Notes: a model not told the origin generated them from the sequence alone. A stretch of DNA of 64,000 nucleotides from Candidatus Saccharimonadota bacterium (GCA_013815775.1 JACDFN010000001.1:45883-109882), one strand, 5' to 3'; numbered from the stretch's first letter, positions 43,543-53,634 are shown. A program made the numbers and translations.

Positions 43543-44340
43543 ATGGAACTGTTGCAGGCGTTGCTGCTTGGAATAATTGAAGGCTTGACTGAATTTTTGC
43601 CTATCTCTAGCACCGGCCACCTGATAATAGCCGAAGAATACATAGCTTTTAAGGATACTGCGAAAGTATTTACCGTGGTAATACAGCTGGGTGCAATTGC
43701 CGCGGTAGCGTGGTATTACCGCAATGACTTAGCTCAGCGTATTGCCGGGCTTTTTGGTGGACAGCGTAGACATATCAATTTTTGGCTAAACTTATTCTTT
43801 GCCACATTGCCTGCTGGACTACTGGGGTTAGCGCTGGCTAATCAATTCGAAAATTATGCTACACCAACCGTTGTAGCGGTGGCCCTTATTTTAGGCGGCA
43901 TCGTACTTTGGTTGGTTGACCGCGCACCGACCACCGAGAAGCCTGAAGCTATAAAGTTAGACGATATTAGTAGGACACAGGCACTCAGCGTTGGCCTTGT
44001 ACAGTGCATGGCCTTGATACCCGGAGTGTCTCGCTCCGGTGCCAGTATAGTAGGAGGTCTACTTACCGGCCTTAACCGCACAACGGCTACGGCTTTTTCT
44101 TTCTATTTGGGTATTCCGGTGCTTGGGTTAGCCAGTATATATAAACTGACTACTGACTGGGACAAAGTAGGGCAAATTAGCGGTGGTCTACCAGGTATAG
44201 CAGTTGGCGCGATTGCTGCCTTCGTCACCGCCTTGTTTGCCGTATCTTGGCTTCTGCGTTACATTACTACGCACAATTTTCGGCCTTTTGCTTACTATAG
44301 GATACTACTAGGCATTGTTGTTCTTTTGTTACTAGCTTAA
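43543..44340 (+). CDS. uppP: Undecaprenyl-diphosphate phosphatase
   Basis: GIIEGLTEFLPISSTGHL and PGVSRSGASI signatures. The ORF is open from 43489; the ATG at 43543 is preferred. Confidence 0.85.
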   Translation: MELLQALLLGIIEGLTEFLPISSTGHLIIAEEYIAFKDTAKVFTVVIQLGAIAAVAWYYRNDLAQRIAGLFGGQRRHINFWLNLFFATLPAGLLGLALANQFENYATPTVVAVALILGGIVLWLVDRAPTTEKPEAIKLDDISRTQALSVGLVQCMALIPGVSRSGASIVGGLLTGLNRTTATAFSFYLGIPVLGLASIYKLTTDWDKVGQISGGLPGIAVGAIAAFVTALFAVSWLLRYITTHNFRPFAYYRILLGIVVLLLLA

Positions 44341-44379
44341 GAGGAATATACTAAATATAAATCAACGGAGTGCATAATT

Positions 44380-45120
44380 ATGGAACCTCAACAAAGCTCA
44401 AATAAAATGAAAATGAATTTGGACTTTAGATTGCTGAGTATTATTTTGCTGATAATCATTGTAGGCATGTTGGCTCTATGGCAACCCTGGAATGATTCTT
44501 CCTCAAGTTCTCGACGCAAGATTACAATTAGCGGCGAGGCGACCGTAAAAGCCGAACCCGATGAGTTTGTATTTAACCCCAGTTATAATCGCAAAACTCT
44601 GACTGAAATTACTACGCTTACTCAAGAGATAATTAGTAAGTTAAAAAGCCTAGGGGTAACCGACAAACAAATAAAAACCAATGCCAATAGTTACGACAAA
44701 CCAGAGTTGATATCTCCCACACCGGTTCCGGATGGCAGTAGTACCATAACTTTTACTATAACGCTCAGCAGCAAGGAACTTTCCCAAAAAGTACAAGACT
44801 ATCTTGTTACCACTGACCCGAGCGGGAGTATCACACCGTACCCCAGTTTTAGCACTCAGAAGCGAAAACAACTTGAAGATGATGCTCGCAGCAAGGCTAT
44901 CGCTGACGCTAAAAGCCGAGCAAATAAAACGGCGGCTGGCCTGGATGCTAAAATTGGCAAAGTGATTGAAGTCAAAGAGGGTAATCTAGGAGGTGGAGTA
45001 TACCCGTTATATGACATAGCAGAGGGTCGTGACGGAGCTAGTTCTTCAAAGTCGTTACCAATTCAACCAGGCGAGAATGAACTTAGTTATAGCGTAGAAG
45101 TTGTTTTTGAACTTCGCTAG
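44380..45120 (+). CDS. SIMPL/DUF541 (YggE-like) periplasmic or surface protein
   Basis: ITISGEATVKAEPDEFVF, AKSRANKTAAGLDAKIGKVIEV and IQPGENELSYSVEVVFEL. Confidence 0.7.
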   Translation: MEPQQSSNKMKMNLDFRLLSIILLIIIVGMLALWQPWNDSSSSSRRKITISGEATVKAEPDEFVFNPSYNRKTLTEITTLTQEIISKLKSLGVTDKQIKTNANSYDKPELISPTPVPDGSSTITFTITLSSKELSQKVQDYLVTTDPSGSITPYPSFSTQKRKQLEDDARSKAIADAKSRANKTAAGLDAKIGKVIEVKEGNLGGGVYPLYDIAEGRDGASSSKSLPIQPGENELSYSVEVVFELR

Positions 45121-46130
45121 TAATCTTCTCTCAGTACTCTAGAGGCATCAGACGACTCGATACTGATGCTTTGAGCAGTCATATGGTTGTACTCAACTTC
45201 TTTGCCTGTAGCACAACAGGCGTAGGCTCCCAATAATCGTGTAATATTATCTGCAAATTTTGAGCGCGTGGTTTCTCGGGTTGTTATAGATGCTCCTACC
45301 AAGTTTTTTGTTTCAATTAATGAACCAATTGCGAAATTGCCAGTCCCGGCATCTATCGAAACGGGTAAAACGGCATCAAATTTACTCAGCAAGTTAAAGC
45401 TAGCTTTGGATATGGGTGGAAGTTGGAGGCCATTGCTTTCAGTCTCGATGGCACGTGTACCGGTAGGTGCAACTGCAATTAGTTTTCCTCCTGTTTTCCG
45501 GTCCTCGCGCAGTGCCCTCATCGCGGGCTTGCCAACTGCGTCAACAATCTCTTCGTTAATGCCCCATTTTGCAGTACTTTCTGTATCAGGTATAACCCAA
45601 TAGATGCTACTAAAGGCCCGAATACGATCGCTCACCGGCAAGCTCTCAACGGCCTGCCTGCTTATAAGCTTATTTACGATTGCTCCGTAATGTTTAAAGC
45701 AATTTTTGTCGCCTATCGCCAGCGCGACACCCGCTAAAGACAGGGGGACATCATTAAGGTCGGTATGAGGCGTCATTAGAGCTATGTTTTGACCTTCACT
45801 AAGTCGTTTGATAATTGCAGTATGGAGTTGCCCCTGGGAAGTATCTCGTTTAAAGCCCTCAACAAAAGCTGTGGCTAGGGCAGCACTGCCAAGAGCGTGT
45901 GTAAGGCCGCCGTTTAGCCAACGCATGATAAAAATGTTCTCAGCCTCAATTGGAAATTCTTGATTTTCTTCTTTAGCAACCGTAATTTTTTGAGATGGGT
46001 ATATCTCAGGAGCATAACCTAGATCAGCAATCCGTGGATCCATATCATGATGACTAGCTACCCAAGGCGTAAAGCACTCGTGCATTTGCCGCTCTAAGGT
46101 AATCAAATCGTTTGTTTGATTATTTTTCAT
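45117..46130 (-). CDS. Conserved hypothetical protein; an HX4D motif suggests a possible acyltransferase-like fold
   Basis: The long ORF overlaps the neighbouring stop by 4 nt. PHTDLND fits HxxxxD. No other family motif was recognised. Confidence 0.45.
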   Translation of the reverse strand: MKNNQTNDLITLERQMHECFTPWVASHHDMDPRIADLGYAPEIYPSQKITVAKEENQEFPIEAENIFIMRWLNGGLTHALGSAALATAFVEGFKRDTSQGQLHTAIIKRLSEGQNIALMTPHTDLNDVPLSLAGVALAIGDKNCFKHYGAIVNKLISRQAVESLPVSDRIRAFSSIYWVIPDTESTAKWGINEEIVDAVGKPAMRALREDRKTGGKLIAVAPTGTRAIETESNGLQLPPISKASFNLLSKFDAVLPVSIDAGTGNFAIGSLIETKNLVGASITTRETTRSKFADNITRLLGAYACCATGKEVEYNHMTAQSISIESSDASRVLREDY

Positions 46131-46235
46131 AATTGTTGACTATTATAGCAAAGATGCATGTTCATACGAGCGCAGATAAAATTACCACATTCGGAGTGCA
46201 TAAGGCGTGATAGCATAAAGAAGTTAACAATTTAA

Positions 46236-46322
46236 ATCGCTGGAAGTTGGTGAAAGTCCAACACTGTGCCGCAACGGTAATGTAATGAGACAAGCTACGG
46301 TTTTCTCATCGGACCTGGCGAA
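46236..46322 (+). promoter_or_regulatory. Cobalamin-riboswitch-like aptamer (compact form, lacking the peripheral extension)
   Basis: CGCTGGAAGTTGGTGAAAGTCCAACACTGTGCCGCAACGGTAA parallels the conserved core GGGAA..GGTGnnAAnnCC..GC.G.CCC.C.ACTGTAA (compare btuB GGGAAUCCAGUGCGAAUCUGGAGCUGACGCGCAGCGGUAAGG). GGACCTGGCG at 46311-46320 resembles the B12 box GACCTGCC and can pair with CGCTGG at 46238-46243. Confidence 0.5.
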
Positions 46323-46426
46323 ATAAGTTCGCCTTCGCGCTTAGCGCGAACTGGTCCTGCTCTTCCTTTAGAGAAGAGTACGAAGTCCGACACAGCATTT
46401 TAAGTAAATAGACTCCCGAGCAGGAG

Positions 46427-46450
46427 AAATACTTGACTTGTTAAGTATAT
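46427..46450. repeat. Imperfect copy of the recurrent palindrome (AAATACTTGACTTGTTAAGTATAT)
   Basis: The 16-mer core at 46431-46446 differs from ACTTAACATGTTAAGT at 2 positions. It lies between the riboswitch-like element and the terminator hairpin. Confidence 0.7.
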
Positions 46451-46455
46451 TATCA

Positions 46456-46485
46456 CCTCTGCCGGGATAGCAGGGGTATTTTTTT
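46456..46485 (+). terminator. Terminator / SD-sequestering hairpin; candidate riboswitch expression platform
   Basis: CCTCTGC-cgggata-GCAGGGG followed by TATTTTTTT. The GGGG in the 3' arm is the only Shine-Dalgarno-like element before the TTG start at 46484. Confidence 0.6.
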
Positions 46486-47980
46486 GGAACAGTTAGCTAC
46501 TAGAGAAGAGTTAAAGCACGAAGGTATTTACGCCGATACTTATTTTATTGATAGGGGCAATACTGAAAAGGAAGCTAGGCAACTGCTGGAACAGAGAAGC
46601 CAACTGCCAACTGTTGAGGTAGCTAGGCAGGAGAGGATAGATAACGCCCGCACAGCTTTAATGGAAGCCCTTACTGCTTCGGGGCATTTATCACGTGTTG
46701 AAATCAGCGGAACTCTAGAAGATATAAATAATCAGATATTAACCCGTCTTCTAAATGGCTGGGATGAAAACTTGCCTTTTCACGAAAAGGAGCGAAGGTT
46801 TGCTGAACTTTGTAACGAACTGGTTATTCAGAAAGTTCATGTTCTTATAGTGCAAGGAGAGCTACCCGAAGACTTGGCTGTGACTGAGATTTCGGACTAT
46901 CCAATGTGTCTCGATGAAGACACAGCTGCAGCGCTTGGATACCGGAGCAGTAACCAAAAGGGTATGGTTCGCTCAACACACCTAATAGATGAGGGCGATG
47001 GCATATATACTCGCCTGATTGAACAGCCTAGTCGCAGCAACGGAACAAACAGTACCATTAAATTCTTCCAGTCAGCGGGAATTAAAATTGAGGAAAATGC
47101 GCCCGACCTCTCAGCCCTTAGGGCACCCTTCTTATACAGGGTGTCTGACTACAAACATGGTGTCGTTGATATCATGTGTTTGCTGGATAGACACACCGGA
47201 CCTGACGTAATTTACGGAGACACTGGCGAGTTGGCTAACATACATGCACCTTACGAAAGTCTCAGAGAAGAATCTAGCCGCAGAGAGAGGGAAATTGAGT
47301 GCTATATAGAGGACCTTGCAAGTTTGGAAACCCAACTAGACTACTTAACTACAAGCGGAGATATAAGCTACTCAGAACGCACAGAATTATTCAAATCTGA
47401 GGTACGGCGTATTCTGGCTGCTGTTTGCACCTTAGACCCAAGTTATGCCCAAGACACCTTCGGCAAAGAAACAGCCCCTTATTTTTATGAGGCCGCCCTT
47501 ATGACGTCTTCGGGAAATTCTCGAGGGGCACAAGAGCTACTATCAGCAACCGAACACCTTCAGGAAACCATAACATTCTGTGGTGTATCGATTTCGGTCA
47601 GTGAGGCTCAGGAGAAAGGTGTAGCGCTAAATAGTTATCTCCAATTGGTAGAAAAAGGTCGAAATGCCTGGAAGTGGAAAAAAGGCGAATGTATTGTAGC
47701 TCAGTGTCCTAGTAAACCAAAAAGGGTAGAGATAGGCCCATGTAAGGTTTGCCGGAGTTGTCAGGATATATTTGACAGCGGCAATGACCCTAAAAATGTT
47801 TATGGTTCCAGTGACATGAAAAAAGGTCAAGACAAACACAAGGAGAGTGATTGGCAGCGTATTAAAAGGGAGGATCAAGAAAACCGAGTACTTCAAAGAA
47901 AGCAACGGGAGCTAGCGGTTGCTATGAAGTATCAAAATATGAGGCTGGCCAGACGGGGGCAACTGGCTAAGTCAGCCTAA
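46484..47980 (+). CDS. Hypothetical 498-aa protein with a C-terminal zinc-ribbon-like CxxxC..CxxC motif
   Basis: Long ORF containing AQCPSKPKRVEIGPCKVCRSC, then a basic Lys/Arg-rich tail. TTG start and no recognisable family. Confidence 0.5.
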   Translation: MEQLATREELKHEGIYADTYFIDRGNTEKEARQLLEQRSQLPTVEVARQERIDNARTALMEALTASGHLSRVEISGTLEDINNQILTRLLNGWDENLPFHEKERRFAELCNELVIQKVHVLIVQGELPEDLAVTEISDYPMCLDEDTAAALGYRSSNQKGMVRSTHLIDEGDGIYTRLIEQPSRSNGTNSTIKFFQSAGIKIEENAPDLSALRAPFLYRVSDYKHGVVDIMCLLDRHTGPDVIYGDTGELANIHAPYESLREESSRREREIECYIEDLASLETQLDYLTTSGDISYSERTELFKSEVRRILAAVCTLDPSYAQDTFGKETAPYFYEAALMTSSGNSRGAQELLSATEHLQETITFCGVSISVSEAQEKGVALNSYLQLVEKGRNAWKWKKGECIVAQCPSKPKRVEIGPCKVCRSCQDIFDSGNDPKNVYGSSDMKKGQDKHKESDWQRIKREDQENRVLQRKQRELAVAMKYQNMRLARRGQLAKSA

Positions 47981-49740
47981 GCGCGGGGCTGAGTAAGGGT
48001 GACCATGGCTTTTATTATTCCCCGACCAACCTTTTTGTTATGCAGCTCGGAAAGTTTCTCAAGCGCCCCATAATGTTTTTCTAAATAATCCAGGTGCTTT
48101 AACCTCTGCTTATGAAAAGCGGTTTTATTAAGGCCGGACTTGTAGATAAATGAACTAATTTTTTCACTGCCTATATAGTGGGGTAGAACCACGTAGCTGG
48201 CACCTTCTTCATAGAGCTTGGCGGCTTCTAGTGGGTCATCACCATGAGCAATAACTACAGCTTTTGGGTTATTGCGTGCCAGGTAATGGAGCAAATAGCT
48301 GTTGATTTGAAAATCCGGGATAGTCGAGACGACCAAAGTGGCGTGGTTAATCCCGGCCTCTTCCAAAAGCTCTGGATCCATAGCATCGCCGTAAAGATAA
48401 TTAATTTTTCTTCGTTCTAAAATATCAATAACTTCCGGATCGTAGTCAATGACTACATATTTCTTCTTCAGCTTTTTGAATAGGCCAACAAACTCATGCC
48501 CACCTCGTTGATAGCCAAATAGTACTAATTCATAATTTTTAACTGCTACCAGCTCGTCGTGTGTTTTTCGCCGCTCGAACATACCTAAGTACTTTTCGAA
48601 GTAGCCATATACCTGATCAGAATAGGTAATCAAGTAAGTCGAGAAAGCGATTGACACCAAAGCTACGAATGTAAGTATAGTAACCACGCGCTGCTCAATA
48701 AGTCCTTGGCTAACTCCCAAGATTACTAGTATGAGTGAGAATTCACTCACGTGTGTAAGAGTTATGGCTGCCTTAAAACTAGTCCGTTTGGTGTAACCTA
48801 GTAGTCCAAGAACAGACAGGATAACCAGAGGTTTAAAAAACATAACTACTGCCAGCCCGCCGATAATGGGTAATATCAAATCATTAAAATTATCAAAGGT
48901 CAGACCGGCCCCAAGAGTAATGAAGAAAACTATGACAAAGAAATCACGCAGTGGCCGAAGTCTAGACGCAACTTCCTGTGCGTAGGGCCTGGGTGCCAGA
49001 AAGACTCCGGCAGCAAGAGCTCCAAGAGCAAGTGAAAATCCGGCTTGAGCCAACAGAGCCGAGGTGCCCAGACCCCAAGCAATTGCAAATAAAAATAATA
49101 GTTCCTGATCTGAAGCTAAGAATTTTTCCATTTTGGGCAATATTCTAGCGGTTACCACATACATAGATAAGCCAATTGCAAGACCTTTTATAGTTAAGCT
49201 AAGAAGGGGATCAAGACTTAGCCACTCTCCGTTTTGAGCTGAGGCAACCAGCAGCAGTAGTACAGCGGCCACAATGTCCTCAACCAGGGTTGCACCTATT
49301 GTAAGTTTTCCGTACAGCCGACCTTGTTCCTTTTTATCGCTAAGAAGTTTTAAAGCCACAATGGTGCTGGATATGGCAAAGCCTAAGCCAAGGAAAAGGG
49401 CTTCAATTCGTTCCAACCCAAGAGCAACGCCCACGAGAAATCCTGCTAGAGTGGTTAAAGTAATTTGAGAAAAGGTCACCGCGAAAGAAGCTCTGCCAAC
49501 TTCTTTGATTACGTTTGGGTTTAGGCCTAAGCCGATGATGAAAAGCAGAAGAGCAATGCCAAGTTCGCCGAAGACTCTCAGCTCTTCATCGGAGCTGACT
49601 ATTTGCAGGAAGGCTGGCCCAACAATGATACCGGTTATGATATGACCTATTAAGAGCGGTTGGCCTATGTAGCGCATAAACATAGCCACGGCCGCGCCAA
49701 TGACGATAAGTATACTTAGGCCAGAAAAAAGTTCATTCAT
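47977..49740 (-). CDS. CPA2-family cation:proton antiporter with a C-terminal TrkA-N (RCK) domain (Kef-type)
   Basis: About 12 TM helices, then ELVLFGYQRGGHEFV (a Rossmann-like RCK domain). Confidence 0.85.
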   Translation of the reverse strand: MNELFSGLSILIVIGAAVAMFMRYIGQPLLIGHIITGIIVGPAFLQIVSSDEELRVFGELGIALLLFIIGLGLNPNVIKEVGRASFAVTFSQITLTTLAGFLVGVALGLERIEALFLGLGFAISSTIVALKLLSDKKEQGRLYGKLTIGATLVEDIVAAVLLLLVASAQNGEWLSLDPLLSLTIKGLAIGLSMYVVTARILPKMEKFLASDQELLFLFAIAWGLGTSALLAQAGFSLALGALAAGVFLAPRPYAQEVASRLRPLRDFFVIVFFITLGAGLTFDNFNDLILPIIGGLAVVMFFKPLVILSVLGLLGYTKRTSFKAAITLTHVSEFSLILVILGVSQGLIEQRVVTILTFVALVSIAFSTYLITYSDQVYGYFEKYLGMFERRKTHDELVAVKNYELVLFGYQRGGHEFVGLFKKLKKKYVVIDYDPEVIDILERRKINYLYGDAMDPELLEEAGINHATLVVSTIPDFQINSYLLHYLARNNPKAVVIAHGDDPLEAAKLYEEGASYVVLPHYIGSEKISSFIYKSGLNKTAFHKQRLKHLDYLEKHYGALEKLSELHNKKVGRGIIKAMVTLTQPRA

Positions 49741-49788
49741 AGTTTGGCTTCTTAACCTATTGTAATTGAGGTTACGCTAAAGCTAAAG

Positions 49789-51057
49789 CTAATCTAGTAT
49801 CAACGTGGCCAGGCCTAAAAACGCTAGAAAACCTAGAACGTCAGTTGCGGTAGTAATAAAAATTGTCGCTGAAGTTGCTGGGTCTTTTCTAAGTTTTTGC
49901 ATTATAAGAGGTACGATCGTCCCAAACAGCGCTGCAACAATAAGGTTAATGACCATGGCCAGCGCTAGTATAAGGGCAATAGCTGGCTCTTTGTCTTTTA
50001 CCAAAACAATGAAAGCCACCAAAAAACCGTTGATAAGGCCATTCACAAAGCCAGCGCCAAGCTCGTTTTTCAGCGTACGAAAAGCGTTCTTTAATTCAAT
50101 TTGCTTAAGGGCAATACCACGAACAACAACGGCTAGGGTTTGAGTGGCTGCATTTCCTCCCATTCCAGCCACAATCGGCATATAGACGGCCAATAGAACG
50201 TATTTGGTGATGGTTTCCTCGAAAGCACCAACCGTAAAGGCCGCTAAAAACGCCGTACCTAAGTTAATTATTAGCCACTTATAACGGTATTTAACTTTAC
50301 GTTTAGCGTTATCGGTAACATTTTCTTCGGCTGAAACACCGGCAAAGTCGTATAGAGATGCTGATTCTTGTTCTTGCAGAAGACGAAGCACATCATCGGA
50401 ATAAATTATTCCAACAACACTATCATTATCATCTAGTACGGCGACTTTATTGTGAGGGTGAGAGCGGAAGAATTCTACGACCTCGTCATGTGTTGCGGAA
50501 GACCGGATAGTCAGGATGCGTTTAACATACTTTCCAATTTTTTCTCGAATGCCGACGAAGCCTAGTTCGTGTCCCGGTAAAAAGCCTGCCAGCTTGTCGT
50601 TATCCACTACCAAAATAACCGGTAACCGACCGGTGCGCCGTTCATGTAGTTTGAATTTCTTAGCTACAGCGGCAACATCATCATCAAAACTTACCTGAAT
50701 ATAGTCGACATTCATCAACCCGGCTGCCGTTTGAGAGTCAAACTGTAGTAACTGGGAAACCGTATCTTTAAGAGCAAGGCTAAGACGTTCAATTATTTTT
50801 TCGCGTTTTTTTGGGCCGAGAAGTTGAAGAAGGTCAGTCGCATCATCTGGATCCACTTTTTCTAGAATTGATATTAATTCATTTTCCGGAATATGCGTCA
50901 TCAAATCCTTTTTGATATGAGGAGTGAGCATTAGCAGTAAATCCGGCTGCTCCTGCTCTGGCAAACTAAGAAAAACTTCGGTTCTCCTCTCTGGATGAAA
51001 GGAGATCTCGTTAATCAGGGCGCTCAGTTTTGGCTTATGTTTTTTACTGTTTGCCAT
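49789..51057 (-). CDS. mgtE: Magnesium transporter MgtE
   Basis: N-terminal MgtE-N helical domain, a CBS pair, and a C-terminal 5-TM domain with GMGGNAATQT and ATDVLGF motifs. Confidence 0.9.
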   Translation of the reverse strand: MANSKKHKPKLSALINEISFHPERRTEVFLSLPEQEQPDLLLMLTPHIKKDLMTHIPENELISILEKVDPDDATDLLQLLGPKKREKIIERLSLALKDTVSQLLQFDSQTAAGLMNVDYIQVSFDDDVAAVAKKFKLHERRTGRLPVILVVDNDKLAGFLPGHELGFVGIREKIGKYVKRILTIRSSATHDEVVEFFRSHPHNKVAVLDDNDSVVGIIYSDDVLRLLQEQESASLYDFAGVSAEENVTDNAKRKVKYRYKWLIINLGTAFLAAFTVGAFEETITKYVLLAVYMPIVAGMGGNAATQTLAVVVRGIALKQIELKNAFRTLKNELGAGFVNGLINGFLVAFIVLVKDKEPAIALILALAMVINLIVAALFGTIVPLIMQKLRKDPATSATIFITTATDVLGFLAFLGLATLILD

Positions 51058-51184
51058 AGCTAAATGTAATTATAAGGCAATAATTAAGGCTAAAGCCATT
51101 TTTAAGTGGCCGCCTTATCTCCTATTTAGGCGACCACCTTCTTTCAACTAGTTGTGCATAAGCTATTTGGGGTAAGATAAAAAC

Positions 51185-52231
51185 GTGGAATTAATTACTT
51201 CTATAATATTAGCGACCATTCTCGGAGTTTGTTTTTTACTTCTAGGTGCTAGCAAAGTACTTCCTGTCGTTGAACTAAAGCGTCGGGCGCGAGGAAAGAA
51301 TGATCGCGAGGCTGCTGCTATCTATAAGTTGAAGTCATACGGCTTATCGCTAGATTTAATGCTTTGGTTGATAGCCTCATTAGTTGCCGCGGAACTGTTT
51401 TTAACAGCCTCCCGAATTAGCGCCTTGGTGGTAGTGGCCTTAGCGCTTATTATTGGGTTGGTGTTATTTCAGGCTAGTTATGGCGGTTTCGCCGGATGGC
51501 AATGGAAAGCTGCAGCTGCTGCAGCACCTCTCGCTGGAAGCTTGCTTTCTGCACTACAGCCTTTACTTGGGAGACTATCTGACTGGATAGAGTCACGGCG
51601 TCTTGTAGGTCATCGTAGCTACGTTTATGAAAAGCAGGATTTGCTGGAGCTAATTAATTCACAAAATCACCGTATGGATAATCGCATTCCAGAAGCTGAG
51701 TTAAAGATTGCTTTTAATGCTTTAACTTTTGGAGACAAAGGAGTTGGCAGCGTGATGACCCCTAGACGGATGATTAAATTGGTAGCGGCCGGTGAAACTA
51801 TTGGTCCATTATTAATGGACGAACTTCACGCTAGCGGCTTTAGCCGTTTCCCCGTAGTAGCTGAACCTACAAAATCCGCAAACCCTAAAATTGTAGGTAT
51901 GCTTTATCTTCATGACCTTATCGGACACACCGAAAAAGGACGTGTACGTGACGTGATGAAAAAGAAAGTAAGTTTTATTAATGAAGCCCAAAATCTTCGT
52001 GATGCTCTAGGTGCTTTTTTAAAGACCGATCATCACTTACTTGTTGTAGTGAATAATTTTGAAGAATTGGTTGGCGTTATAGCCATCGAAGACGTAGTAG
52101 AACAAATCTTGGGCGAGAAGATAGTCGATGAGTTTGATCGTTACGACGACATGAGGGCAGTCGCTGGTTTGGAGGCCAAGCAGGAGCATGGTCGGCACAG
52201 TTCCGACCCCTCCACCGCCAAAAAAGACTAA
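51185..52231 (+). CDS. CNNM/DUF21 transmembrane domain plus CBS-pair protein (CorC/TlyC-like, lacking the CorC_HlyC domain)
   Basis: N-terminal 4 TM helices, then VMTPRRMI, HASGFSRFPVV and VGVIAIEDVVEQILGE (CBS pair). Confidence 0.75.
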   Translation: MELITSIILATILGVCFLLLGASKVLPVVELKRRARGKNDREAAAIYKLKSYGLSLDLMLWLIASLVAAELFLTASRISALVVVALALIIGLVLFQASYGGFAGWQWKAAAAAAPLAGSLLSALQPLLGRLSDWIESRRLVGHRSYVYEKQDLLELINSQNHRMDNRIPEAELKIAFNALTFGDKGVGSVMTPRRMIKLVAAGETIGPLLMDELHASGFSRFPVVAEPTKSANPKIVGMLYLHDLIGHTEKGRVRDVMKKKVSFINEAQNLRDALGAFLKTDHHLLVVVNNFEELVGVIAIEDVVEQILGEKIVDEFDRYDDMRAVAGLEAKQEHGRHSSDPSTAKKD

Positions 52232-52269
52232 CACATTTAGGGCGTTTAACCAGCAGTAATAATTAAAGG

Positions 52270-53616
52270 ATGTTAGTGCTTCAATCTGTTACAATGGCTA
52301 GTATGGAAAGAGTTTTGACCGGCGACGTGAAAAGTCACGGGGGTTCTCAAGTATTAGTACGCGGATGGTTGCATAAAAAACGCCTGCTTGGTGGTCTTAA
52401 CTTTATTGTTGTGCGCGACCGAGCCGGCTTGGTACAAATTGTCCTTCAAAATGAGGAGGAAGTTGAGAAGCTTCGAGGCATGCAGATAGGTACAATCCTG
52501 TCGGTTACCGGTAAGGTCGTAGAAGAGCCTCGGGCGCCCGGCGGAGCTGAGCTTCATGAGCCGCAGGTTACTGTCGAAGTTCCGGTTGCAGACGAGTCGC
52601 CCATCGAAATTGATAAGCCTCTTAGCCATAAGCCCGAGAATCTGGAAACCCTTTTTGACAACAGAGTAGTAGGGCTTAGAAACTTGAAAGAACAGGCTAT
52701 TTTTAAAGTTCAGGCCGAAGTTAAGGAAGGAATGCGCAGATACTTCCGGGCTAATGATTTTATGGAGTTCAACTCCCCCAAACTTCTACCAGGTGCCACA
52801 GAGGGCGGGGCAGAGGTATTTAAGCTGGATTATTTTGGCAAAGACGCCACTCTTGCTCAGTCGGCTCAGTTTTATAAGCAGATTATGGTCGGGGTTTACG
52901 AGCGGGTATTTGAGATCAACCCAACTTACCGCGCCGAGCCTTCAGCTACCACCCGGCACATGACGGAGTTTATTCATCTGGACGTAGAAATGGGTTTTGT
53001 AGAGCTGGAGGAGCTGATGGACGTAGCTGGCAATATGCTAAGAAGCGTGGCGGACGACGTTTGGAAAAACCAAGAACCACAATTAAATATGTGGGATGCT
53101 ACTAAGCCTGTTGTGCCAGGGACGATTCCACGCCTAACCATGGCCGAGATTCACGAACTTTACACTAAAGCCACTGGCACCAGCACGATCGGGGAAAATG
53201 ACCTTCGGCCCGACGAAGAACGCTGGATATGCGAGCACTCTGGAAAAAACTTAGGTTCCGACGCCGTTTTTGTTACTGACTGGCCAGCAAAAGATGCCAA
53301 GTTCTACCATCGCGTGAACGAACAAAAGCCAGAGTTCGCCGAACGCTTCGACCTAATTTTTAGAGGAGTGGAGATATCTACTGGCAGCATGCGTGAACAC
53401 CGTTACGACGTACTTATGAAGCAATTGAAAGAAAAAGCAGGTGGTGACCCAGAGCACCCCGGGTTTAAATATTATCTTCAGGCATTCAAATACGGCATGC
53501 CTCCGCACGGTGGCTTTGCAATGGGTCTTGAGCGGGTAACTGAGAAGATGCTGGGTCTGGCTAACGTCAAAGAGGCCACTTTGTTCCCCCGCGACATCAA
53601 CCGCCTTGCTCCATAG
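52270..53616 (+). CDS. aspS: Aspartate-tRNA ligase, archaeal/eukaryal-type (class IIb)
   Basis: OB-fold N-terminus (VRGWLHKKRLLGGLNFIVVRD), motif 2 FRAEPSATTRHMTEF, motif 3 GGFAMGLERV. The start is uncertain (ATG at 52270, 52294 or 52303). Confidence 0.85.
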   Translation: MLVLQSVTMASMERVLTGDVKSHGGSQVLVRGWLHKKRLLGGLNFIVVRDRAGLVQIVLQNEEEVEKLRGMQIGTILSVTGKVVEEPRAPGGAELHEPQVTVEVPVADESPIEIDKPLSHKPENLETLFDNRVVGLRNLKEQAIFKVQAEVKEGMRRYFRANDFMEFNSPKLLPGATEGGAEVFKLDYFGKDATLAQSAQFYKQIMVGVYERVFEINPTYRAEPSATTRHMTEFIHLDVEMGFVELEELMDVAGNMLRSVADDVWKNQEPQLNMWDATKPVVPGTIPRLTMAEIHELYTKATGTSTIGENDLRPDEERWICEHSGKNLGSDAVFVTDWPAKDAKFYHRVNEQKPEFAERFDLIFRGVEISTGSMREHRYDVLMKQLKEKAGGDPEHPGFKYYLQAFKYGMPPHGGFAMGLERVTEKMLGLANVKEATLFPRDINRLAP

Positions 53617-53634
53617 CGGAGTATACTAAAAGCC

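Noticed and set aside
46140-46480. RNase P RNA. The region is about 340 nt and contains GGTGAAAGTCC, reminiscent of the universally conserved GAGGAAAGTCC.
   Set aside because: The rest of the RNase P conserved regions (for example the ACAGAAA/AGGGTGAAA-type CR-II to CR-V blocks) are not recognisable. The flanking sequence fits the cobalamin aptamer core much better, and a terminator plus start codon follow directly.
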